Shown one piece after another: positions 12,201 to 22,334 of a DNA stretch of 64,000 bases (position 1 is the stretch's first letter; every line of letters begins with the position of its first letter). The DNA comes from Tubulanus polymorphus (Eukaryota; Animalia; Nemertea). The notes under the pieces are model-generated. The model did not search any database. It was not told the origin of the DNA and saw nothing but the letters and a program-made list of their open reading frames with translations. The stretch is taken from contig NC_134034.1 of assembly GCF_964204645.1 (NCBI RefSeq), positions 3,303,814 to 3,367,813 on the forward strand, written 5' to 3'. The position numbers and the translations under genes are program-made.

Positions 12201-13722
12201 GAATGGAATAGGACTTATTATGTCACCTTATCGTACGCCATTTTAGGCATCGATTCGAGTCTCGCAATTACGAAATATTACCATTCAAACGATCATTGAA
12301 TTGAGACATACCTGACTGAGGAAACTCATTATCCAGTTGTTAAATATAAACAATTGATAACCAATTCAGTGAATTAATGATTCAGTCGATCTAGCAACTT
12401 CTATAGCTACCTTCTGCGTTGATGCCGATGATTTTGTCGGTTACCGTTTTCAGACCCGCGGCTGCGTACGCATTTATTCTCAATATTCTCAATGTGTTTT
12501 TGTGAACATTTACGGAATTAGCTGAAGATATGAAAAAAAGAAATAAAATTTCAAACCGATTCGAATTTCTTGTTATTGCTATTAAAACGATATGGAAGAT
12601 TACGGAAGTGTTCTGAACTAAGCATTATGCGAGCGTATGTTGAATAAACTATCGCCAATAAACGAAAACAAAACAACCCCCTATGAAAGATGGTGCTGTT
12701 CATTTATGATTTCGTAGTCCTCACTGAACAAATTCGATGCATATGAAAGGTAGAGAGAGTCTCGTAATTACAAAATATTACCCGATCGAATCCAAATGAA
12801 TTCAAATGATCGTTGAATTGAGACATGCTTATTGAAGAAACTCATCATCCAGTTGTTAAATAAAAACAATTGATGACCAATTCATCGAATTAATCGTTCA
12901 GTCGGTCTTGCAACTTCTAGTTACCTTTCGCGTTGTTGATTCCGATGATTTGATCGGATACCGTTTTCCGACCCGCGGCTGCGCGCGCATTTATTCTCAA
13001 TATGGCGTCGTGGACATTTCCGGAATGAGCTGAAGATTTGAAAATAACGGAAATAATACGATTTGATCGTCGCCAAATTTTCGAACAGATCGCTTTGTAC
13101 CGTGCGAATATTCCTTTCTGGTGCCTACAGAAACTATCATCGAAAATTGTTAGCGTTTCAATTGACAAAAATAATAATCTGTTTAGTTACGAACGAAAAT
13201 TGAAATTCGATATTCGACATTGATAATCTTATATCTTATCGTTTGAATAATACCTCATACCAGCATGAAAAAAAAATATTCGTAGAGGGTTCCAGTGTTA
13301 ACCTTGTGTTGAATAAGTAAGATTTGACTGATAGTACTCAAAAAATTTACTAGATTAATTAGATTAGAAACCCGAGAGTTCGCTAATTATGCATTGTAGC
13401 TTTTTTCAATTAATGTGAATTGCGTATTGTTTTTTTTGTTGTTATTTTGGCAGCGGGGATTTATGAATCGCAATTACCAATTGTTTTCATGAGCAACATC
13501 CATGAAATCAAAGTTGATATCAAACTCATCGTCTAGAATTGTTATAAGGCGACAACCATTTTGGCCAACAGTGCATTAGCTCAAGGAAACACATTTCAAA
13601 CTCCCATTTTTGTCATTCTTATTGTCAGATATTGTATCATTCTATACCGCGATAGTCTTACCTCTCGCTGCTGTTAAAGTGGTGACGATTAACGTGGTCA
13701 CTAACGCCGATGCTGCCAACAT
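3288..13722 (-). CDS. Secreted astacin-family (M12A) metalloprotease-like protein: signal, propeptide, astacin, TSP1-like, TSP1, MAM, TSP1; about 579 aa; catalytic Glu replaced by Gln
   Basis: Exons with GT-AG ends and matching phases: 13722-13662 ([20 protein letters not shown]), 11770-11594 ([18 protein letters not shown]), 11218-11104 (AKTCLKF), 9972-9860 ([24 protein letters not shown]), 9308-9237 ([11 protein letters not shown]), 8102-7887 (YDYDSVMHF), 7140-6979, 6348-6166 ([15 protein letters not shown]), 5731-5591, 4747-4509, 3647-3563 ([11 protein letters not shown]), 3463-3288 (TSP1, CSVTCG). The last exon could instead splice at 3292 to a short extra exon starting at 3239. Confidence 0.88.
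3715..4172. repeat. ~109-bp tandem minisatellite, about 4 copies, intronic
   Basis: CTCAAGTAAA(G/C)TACTGAACACAT recurs at about 3756, 3865, 3974 and 4083. Confidence 0.92.
4963..5284 (-). mobile_element. tRNA-derived SINE with conserved core and L2-like tail
   Basis: Minus strand: A-box TGGCCGAGTG, B-box GAGTTCGAATCC, core GGAAGACACTT..GCCTCTCTCCACCCA..GGTACC, tail AAGCGCTTTGAG..GCGCTGTATAAG. A related copy lies at 38957-39260. Confidence 0.75.
6514..6807. mobile_element. Palindromic MITE with Pol III B-box-containing TIRs (same family as 53712-54027)
   Basis: Inverted ends CGGCAGGGATTCGAACCTGA / TCAGGTTCGAATCCCTGCCG. Internal inverted CTAGACCGAGTGCGCAG / CTGCGCACCCGGTCTAG. Confidence 0.75.
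7345..7780. repeat. Degenerate ~40-bp tandem repeat, about 10 copies
   Basis: Recurring GAACTGGATCTAGAGTCGAATTAAACC..ACACA.CTGTG. Confidence 0.8.
8771..9112. mobile_element. MITE with ~34-bp TIRs
   Basis: GGCGTTTTTACGAGCATCCGATTTTTGCGATCGAT ... ATCGATCGCAAAAATCGGATGCTCGTAAAAACGCC. Flanks TAA/TAT (imperfect, Harbinger-like). Confidence 0.8.
10418..10601. repeat. 8-bp microsatellite (GTCGGTTT/GTCGGTTC/GTCGGTAT)n
   Basis: Read directly; more than 20 units. Confidence 0.95.
11262..11530. repeat. ~46-bp degenerate tandem repeat
   Basis: Recurring CAAAATGAGCTTAGATTGGTCTTAATTTATTAGATTGGTTATAG. Confidence 0.8.
12133..13045. repeat. Diverged direct duplication of about 410 bp (12133-12545 vs 12622-13045) in astacin intron 1
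   Basis: Shared blocks in the same order: GCATTATGCGAGCG, GAGTCTCG(C/T)AATTAC, ATCCAGTTGTTAAAT, GACCCGCGGCTGCG, GCTGAAGAT. Confidence 0.8.
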
Positions 13723-14006
13723 TGTAGTCGCTTCGAATCTCGACCTTTGGATAACTACAAAGATACGGAGAAAAATTATCTTAACGCAACGACAAAAAGT
13801 GATTTGTGAAACCACTAGGTTCGCGTGTGATGCTGGACCCAGTTCAGTATTTTTGAGTAGACTGTGCGTTCGAATTGCCAGTTTACATTAGATTTCGTCC
13901 TTTACTATTTATTCTAAAAGTTGAAAATGCAATTTGACTCTAGAATACTCCGCAGTCGTGGTTGAGGTTTGAAAAGTTAATTTAAGACCACCTTAGTTCT
14001 ATATAA

Positions 14007-14226
14007 GGCTTAACAAAAACGATACCTTGTTTCTCGGCAGCGGCCGGGTCATTTTTGTACAATACGATAAAATTCATAAACAGTTCATTTCTATAGCGGC
14101 CGGGTCTGTTATGGTAAAATTGATCACGATTTTAAAAAAAAGTAATGTATAGGGTAGATAGGCGGCCGGCCGGGTCAACATTTAAGCTCAGCAGAGCGGA
14201 GAAACAAGGTATCATTTTTTTTAGCC
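14007..14226. mobile_element. PIF/Harbinger (Tourist)-like MITE
   Basis: TIRs GGCT..AAAAACGATACCTTGTTTCTC / GAGAAACAAGGTATCATTTTT..AGCC, with TAA on both sides. Confidence 0.75.
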
Positions 14227-15960
14227 TAATCAATCTAACAACTTAAAGACCAGTCTTAGTTCATTTTCGTTCTATAGTCAATCAAACGACCAGTCTCACT
14301 ACTTACAACCAATTCTAGACTATAAATTCATGACTGCGCTACTGTGCCCAAATGTATGTGACCGCCAATGTAACACCACGAAATTGCCAGCCTGTCTTCA
14401 TATTGGAAAAATCCTATAATCATTACCTCCCTATTCTACACGTGGATTACTTGGAAATATAGGCGCGTCTTGTAGAACATACTTATTAGACTTTGAGCAA
14501 TGTAAATAATCTACTTAGCAATATTGTCTTCAATCGATTTGGACACAAAAAAAACTTCCGTATTTCTACATCAATAAATAATGGCTGGGTGTATATCAAC
14601 TACGTGTCGTACTATAGAACGAAGGGTTCTTGAAGGAATTTTACCAAGTTCTTCGATTCCGTAAACAAGAAATTCTGTGAATTAGCCTGACCACCCGTAA
14701 CTATATATCTTAACTTCGATTTCCAATTCCAAAAACAAACCCGCTCAAGTTTCATTTCCGACAGGCGGGTTTGTAAAGAGACACGCCAGATATAAAATCA
14801 AACCAGCCGATAAAATGAACTCGAGGGATAATCATCCCTGCGTATTTCAAGTTAAAATAGATGAAAAATCCGATAGCATAGATATTTGTCTTCGAAAACC
14901 GAGAACCGAATGACTTAATGCGGAAAGGAACAAACAAACATAGACAACCCACAATCAAAAGAGAGAATCGAAAGACGGTTTTGACGGTTGCTTTGAGCCA
15001 TTCAGAAATATCTTCTTTTTCTTTCGGCCCATAGCATTCGAGTTGGACCAGCGATCTTAAAAAAAGTTTTATTCGATCGTTGGTTACATCGTTCGAAAAA
15101 ACGTACCTTATATTAAGAATAGCCTGAGTTGATGTTGCTCCGTATTTTACAAACCCAGAACAGAACCGACAGTCGGCAGTCTGGTGGTTTAGAATCATTT
15201 TTATTTAGGCGCGTATCAGGCCGCGGCACCTGCGTCACATCGGACTTTTCTTTTATTGCATATTCTAATATCCGCTATCAATACTTCCACTGTTTTCTAA
15301 TCTACTCAAGTTTTTATCGACGTATCCCAGGCATTCTTCGTACGTATTGCGCGGCGGGTCTAGAAGGAGACTATATAAATATAGATTGATGCCTTAATCA
15401 ATTTTTACTGAACGGACTATGCGACATCTGTTAGTGAAGTGTTCGAGTAGCGTGTTACCATAAAATACGTCCAATATTGATAGAAAAAAATTAAGTTTGC
15501 AATAACATAAAATCCGCATCCTGGAGATTTAGCGAAACGAATATATCATACGTCATCCTTTATTTGTTACTTGAGGGTTCGAGGATTATACTAAAAAAAA
15601 CAAGAAAACGTCTATCGAGTATTATACTAAAAAAGACAAAAAAGTCCAATATGGCCAGGGATAAAGCACGTTCGTATTAACATAAAATCTGCATCCCGGA
15701 GATTTAGCAATTCGTGGCAGAAATGAACTATAAAAACAAATCGCGTGTTTAGATTCACTCGATCATTTCATTTGTAATATCTTTATTCGCGTATGAAATG
15801 AATTTCTATGTGAACTAATCCAGCGTCGATCTTAGCATCATCGTTATCACCGTCGTTATAATTTTTTATAGATGATTATCCGTTATTTCATCTGGAAGCC
15901 TATATTCGCTCGCATACATAATATCAGACCGACTGCAGGTGTCTGCGTTTCATATGATTA

Positions 15961-16165
15961 GCGTCATCAGTAGCTCGGTAGGATAAGGCGTAACACCATC
16001 AGTGCTGAATGACGAGAAGGTTCGAGTCCTACTAGTCCAAGAGCTAGCTACGGGTTGTTTCTATCCATAAGACTTAGAAAGTATGTTTGGTCCAGCGGAC
16101 AGGCATATTACTGAGTACTTTAACTGGCTCTAAGCCGGGGATGGGCCACCTGCAGCCTTTAAGAT
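15961..16165 (+). mobile_element. Probable tRNA-derived SINE
   Basis: A-box-like TAGCTCGGTAGG and B-box GGTTCGAGTCC, followed by non-tRNA body; no convincing cloverleaf. Confidence 0.5.
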
Positions 16166-16489
16166 TTAGGGGTTTAGGGTGTGTGTATTTAACCGATTTT
16201 ACTGACAAAATTTTCCGGGGGTAAATGGGTTCCAGCTAATTCCTAATGGCCAACGTGCGGGCAACCCTTCAAAGGCCGGCAGCCAGCCAGCCAGTCAGCC
16301 AGCCAGTCAGCCAACCAGCCAGCTAGTCAGTCCTCACAATTTCAAAACCATGCACTAAAAGCCTGATAAACCCTGTTTAGTGTTTCCGAGAGGCAATACA
16401 CAGTCACTGAATTAATTTTCAGAGAAGACCTATTGAGTTTGAGAAGAAATCCAGCGTCGACGTCCTGAAGCATTAGTATTAGTATTAGT

Positions 16490-16700
16490 CCTGAAGCATT
16501 TGGCATCTCCCGCCGGTGTCCAACCTGCATCGCACTCACAAACTAAAAGCCAAAAAAGAAGTATTGGTGGTCGGGCATTTTCCCAAAATTGTATTCCTGT
16601 CAGCCTTCGGGCAATCGCATCCATCGATGATTTTAGAAAGCAGGTAAAATGCTTTCTTTTTAAGGGGGCATTTGATGACATGTAAAGCCCTCTGAGCACA
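16490..16700 (+). mobile_element. L2/CR1-clade LINE 3' end (ORF2 C-terminus)
   Basis: Translation GGRAFS..IPVSLRAIASIDDFRKQVKCFLFKGAF matches the typical L2 ORF2 tail, followed by TGTAAAGCCCTCTGAG. Confidence 0.75.
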
Positions 16701-17049
16701 GAATTGTTTTCATTCAAACATTCGTACGAAAAAAATTGTTTTCGCTCAACCAAATTTTTTGCCGGGATAAACAGTTTTTCATTTCAACAATAACATAGCT
16801 TTTGAACAAAAAAAGGATCTTTCAGGGGCTCCGCAGTAACTTAAAGCCGGACGTAGGTCGGCTTTGCGACGCGATGCGATCCACGCGTTGCATCGCAAGT
16901 TTCGGTGCAAGTCAGTTGCGGTACGATTGTCACCGATGTGTGCGACTAGTTTCTACCAGTCGCAAGAGCGCGTAGGTCGGTTGTGACGGTCGTGTCGCGT
17001 CGCAGAAAGTAGAACACGTGCGACTCCTTGTGACTGGCGTAGAATCCTG

Positions 17050-17400
17050 TTCAACGCTGGATTTCGACAAAGCATTTGATAAGGCACAACATCAGCCATT
17101 ACTTAACAGGCTATTAGGAAACAGTATATGGAAACGTCCTATTAGGAAACGTGCTATTTTACAATATTTTGTACTAATTCCTACTACTTTATATTGTTAT
17201 TTAATTCGTAAATAAAACATTATTATTATTAAGTATCAATGATAGGTCGTTCAAATGGCTCAGCAGTTATCTCTGAACGAAAACTTTTAGCCGAAATCAA
17301 CGGAACGCCTCATCTTGGGATAAGTCGGTCTAACTAGTGGAGTCACGCAAGGTAGTATCCTAAGTCGTCTTCTGCTTAATGTCCTGACAAATGACATACA
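17050..17400 (+). pseudogene. Degenerate LINE reverse transcriptase fragment interrupted by a short insertion
   Basis: LDFDKAFDKAQHQPLLNRL, then after an AT-rich insert ending in (TTA)n, WLSSYL..SGVTQGSILSRLLLNVLTNDI (RT motifs DFxKAFD and GVPQGS). Confidence 0.78.
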
Positions 17401-19655
17401 CAGTAATCCAAAATATACCAGACCGAGTAAATTTCCAAAACGACCTTAACACGCCGTTCGACCAAAAAACTTAACGTTCCCACAAGAAAATCTTGTTCGA
17501 ATGAAAACAATTCAGTTTGATCGAACAATAAACTTTTTGTTTGAACCATAACTTTTCTTCAAACAGGTGCGCGATTTGTAAGTCTTGATTTGCGAATGAA
17601 TAGGATCTGTGTAAACTGTGCCCACGTGTTTTCTAACAATTCGATCTGAGTCGAAGAGCAGAAGATCGTAGCCGATTTACCATAGCCTTATCAAAATCCC
17701 AATGGCCGGGTCAAATTGGGAGAAAATCAGTACTGGCAATCATGATTAATTTTTTTAGGGAGTAGAAGGTGGATATTTTGAAGGCTAGAATAGCGGCTAC
17801 GATTAATAAGAATTGAATTAGAATGATCTTTCGACGAATACGACCTGGCAGGGTGATTTCAATTATATTCGTAGAATCAAAAGAGCCGACAAATCAAAAC
17901 ATTATCGATGCTAGATCCACGCGACTTTGATGAAATATACTAGTATACCGTATCGCGGGATTCGTTCGGTATCTGAACGGTCATGGCTAGATATTGATTT
18001 CTGCCACGCGGTTGGAGTTAAGAAATTAGGTGGGTTTCTAGCCTAATATAGCGATACAGGTTGACCACCATCTCAGTCCAATCCACTTTTTAGCAAACTA
18101 CTGTCGAGTCCTGAAGAGGCTGTGCGAATCAATTAAAAAGAAATGCATTGCCTTAAAAAATTCTATAGAAAAAGTGGACTCCCTGTGTCAAATGGGATGG
18201 GAGCGCCATCCAGGCCCTGGAATATAGAATCCTCAATAATGAAATCTCGATGTAAGGCTGTTGACTAGGTTGTCGCTCGTGCGAAGTTGTTTGTATCCTT
18301 GCGATCGATGCGAATAGAGCGATGTTTGTGCGAGCGAGTTGGTGTCAGCGCAAATGATGTTAAGTAAAACATTGATCTACGAATGGTTGATGTTTTTTAT
18401 AGAAATAAACTGGCCAGATTTGCGGGCTTCAGCTCACTCTGTCCTGACAACAAGGATAGACCTAACCTTCAATGGGAAGGCCGCAGGGGTTCGGACTATC
18501 GACACCAGCTGTTTATTGGCTGCACTTTCGCTAAGCCTCGTGCCGTGCCTTTTTGAGAGGCAGTTCTATTTCAAGAAAATAGACGCTTTTCAGTGATGAG
18601 GGCAAATGTTTTTCCCTGAAAAGGGCATTTACCTACTGAAAAAGGATAAATGTTAAATACGGATGATTTTTTCGATAACGTCAACTTCAACGACGTCTCA
18701 GTTTTAACTTTCATGACTTTAAATTCAATTTTTGGCACCTTTTGAATATATATCATTTGATGATGGATTACTTTTCATTTTCAAAAAAGAAATGAAAATT
18801 ATATCGAAATTTCAAAATCTTGACCCGAATCTTTTCACACTGACTTTTTGAAGGGTACTATGATGCGCGCATGAAAAAATGAGAAGTGATATTGAAATTT
18901 GACTCATTATTACAAAAAAAACTAATCTAGATGTATAATTTCGTCAAACGAGACTGCATACATGTCTATTGTTTCTAAAATTTACAAAGATTTATTAAAA
19001 ATCTGTTCAAATCATAAGCTTTTCAGGCAATAATTTATGTTTAATCGAGACGAGATCAATGATTATCGATGATTGTATGATCAACAGGGCAAGTTGTTGC
19101 ACGGATACTCAAATGAAAAACGACGTAAAAAAATCAGATTGATATAGTCTCACTTCGTTTCTACCTTCATCCGTTCCAGAGACATGAACGAAATGAGAAA
19201 ATTCTTCTTTTTTGGGCTAACCGGAGAAAATAAATTCGACAATGCCGATCCAGTTAGCACAAAAACTATGGCGCCTGTGAAAAAGCTGATCTACTCATAG
19301 CTGTCTGAAACAAAATTCAGCCGTGCTGTAGTGCGGTTGTGTACCGATTTTGTTTGTACAGAAATCGAGTCGTTTGTTGTTGTTTTTTCTTGTGGAAATG
19401 TCTTAGAATTCATGCAATAAAGAATATTAAGAAACAAAGACAAGACGAGAGATAATTTTTGATTTAGTTTTGCATATATTTCCTGTTACTGCATGATATG
19501 AATACATAGTGGACAGTCGGAGAAGTTAATGCAAGTAAAACAAGATGAGCTCCATAGTGGAAATAACCCCAATGCACGTTTTAGATATCATCAATAAAGC
19601 TTGATGTGAAAAAAATTAAGAGTTGTAATATTTTTGCATGATCGACGTCTGATTC

Positions 19656-22334
19656 CTAACAATTGCAAACAGAAGTGAATCTGATTCTCAATTCCTTGTA
19701 ATCGCCTTTGTTGAAGTAATAGCCGGAGTATTTGTAATCGACGTTCCATTGTTTAGCGGGAGATTTTGATCCCAGATCAGCGTCTGTGCCGTTTAAGTTG
19801 GTTAATTTGTGCTTGCCGATTAAAATGCTTATTTTGTCGTCGAGGGATCCGGCAATCCTTGGTCGTATCTTGGCGAAATAATCCGGGTAAATACTCACAT
19901 GCTCGAACCAATAGTTTAGATTTATTGGAATATTACCGTACGGTGTATCAAGACTTTCAATCTCATAACGCAATTTCTGAAAAAAAAAACAGCCGCCGCA
20001 ATAAGACCAGAACATGAAAATATGATTTTCTTCTTTTATTGTTCTGTTCATATGGGATACCTTTGCTGGGTTCTTCGGTCGAATCATCCAGCGACAAGTG
20101 AATCGATGCGCGTAAGTCGTTTCTTCTATAACTTTACGAGGCATTCTCAACGTATAAACATCATCAACAAATATGATCAGTGGCTCTTCTTGGCAAACCG
20201 AATGTAACGCTGGTGCCGAACCTTTTTCAACGGAAAGTTTCCGATTATCTCTTTCAGAAATGTAAAGGAGTAATTCATTTTCAAATAGTCAATTACTAAT
20301 ATGTTACAAAACTCACCAACTAGAGTTAACAGTATGCTGAGCTCATATCCCTTCTTTCTAAAGAATGACAACTCATACGATGGTGGAAACTTGTTTAGTT
20401 TCTCGCGTACATCGTCTTTATTGCCGCAATATTTCGGTCCTTGATATCCCCGATACCTCCTTAAGGTGTCGTTGACAATCCCGATGTAATCCTTATGATT
20501 GCAGCTGATGTTACCGATTTTCTCAACATTAAACTTAATTGTCTGAATGAATGAAAATGAAAACCAAAATGAAAATGTTCCATTGAAAATTGATGCGAAT
20601 TCTAAAAAGTAGCTGTTGAAACACATACGTTATTTGGGTTGTTTGCTTTGAATTTCCACTGAGTAGCTCTCGGAATTGTTGGGTATTTTGCAAATTCCAA
20701 CTTGTATTCAGAGTCTACTTGAATCGGCCTGCCATTATTGTCCTCCGCTGAAATATCATAATTTCGCAATTATATCAGATTTTCGCTGTTAATAAACGTT
20801 GTAGATTTAATTCTATTCAGATTGTTTAATCATCTACCCATTGAGTAGAAGATCATTTATAGGAAATGGAAACATACTCATTTACCTATTGAGTAGAAGA
20901 TCACCTTCACGATTCGTTTTTGTACATCTGCATCGTTTTCTGTGGGGTGTGTTGCGAATTCGACAGCGAACTCGCGGGCACGTTTTTCACCGAAGTCGCC
21001 TTGACTTGCGCCAATTTGTCGTGGTAGATTCCCGCACTTTTTCTTTTTGTAGTAGCTGTATGGGTCGTAGGAAACCGACTCAATCTGAACGTAAGCAGCA
21101 CACTCGCTATCGTACGGTGTATTGAACTGCAGTATTTTATAATGAATGATCTAAAATGGCAAAACAATTAAACTAATTGAATTAAATCAATTCAATGTCG
21201 AATGAATCACCGGGAGAACAAGGAGAATCGGAATGATTAAGCCACCCGTAAGTGAGCAACTGTCAAACTTATCAAAATCGTGCTAAGTTAATGCTGCATA
21301 CAGGTTTAAACGTTTCCGTTCGTCAGTATAATAAATAAGCATCGTCGTCGTCGTCATCATCATTAGTTAAGCCTCAGACACACTGGGCGATTTTATGACC
21401 GATTTGATCGCCGACAGACCCGGACACACTGGGCGACTTTACCGGCGATTTCGTCGGGCGACGAAATCGCCCAGTGTGTCCGGGACTTTACATCAACAAG
21501 CGCCGCTGCGCCAAGGTGTTGTATTGCTCACGATCTGTAGTCATTTGTTCGCATAATCACATAACCAGGTTTTACGGGGTCGTCCTCACGACCGTTCTGT
21601 TGGTCGCAAAGACTCCTGTAGTGCTTTACACGCGGGCGTTTCAGATGGTAGGCGCATCAAATGTCCCAGCCAAAGTTAGTCATCTTCTGGTTATGATTTC
21701 ATATGCCCAGAAAAAATAGATTAAATCGAGCTGCAGAATGAAGTGCAGGAATAAAATGTTGTCTGACGGATGACAGCAAACGACAGATTGAAATTCTGAT
21801 ATGCAAATACACATCGACGGGCGTATAAAAATAAATGCACCAATAAATAATAATAATCACACGTTCAGTTTCTGATTCTTTCATGTTTTGGTCAAATGTA
21901 CATAAGATAAAATTGATCTCTTACTTGATTCGTATTGTCGGGTCTGATAATCCAGTAACAGGACGCATTCTTCACAAAGTCAGAGGGGCCTAATTCTAGT
22001 TCAAATTTCCCTGACGAGGGGACCTCAACAACCCTCATGGGATCACACGCATCGATGGTGTTTAAACCTGAAACCGTTAAAAAAACCCAAGAAAGATTAA
22101 TTTCAGTTCGTAGGTGCTTGCGTGAAACCTTTATGTTGATGACGATCGAATATGCACAAATTTGAAAAGGAATTTTGAAGATTCGACTATAATTCTTGAA
22201 CCTGCCCACAAACGATATTACAGATTTTCCAATCGCAAGATACGATCAAAGTATCATCACATCTGAAATTTCACTTATCACAATTTTTACTTACCAAAGA
22301 TGAGAACGAGAAGCGCTATGTGACAGTTCACCAT
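19656..22334 (-). CDS. Secreted protein with three divergent CUB-like repeats, about 424 aa
   Basis: Exons 22334-22295 (MVNCHIALLVLIFG, signal), 22067-21925 (..NASCYWIIRP), 21150-20886 (SECAAYVQI..KKCGN), 20747-20629, 20542-20317 (SCNHKDYI..KYCG), 20221-20061 (TCRWMIRP; acceptor could be 20248), 19976-19656. Repeating 1-0-1-0-1-0 intron phases fit tandem CUB modules. Minus-strand TATAAA at 22445-22450. Confidence 0.72.
21370..21488. mobile_element. Small palindromic MITE, intronic
   Basis: GACACACTGGGCGATTT / AAATCGCCCAGTGTGTC inverted ends, TAA/TTA-type flanks. Confidence 0.65.

Noticed and set aside
14752-15198. 148-aa minus-strand ORF
   Set aside because: No recognisable domain; the homology signal nearby is on the opposite strand and decayed.
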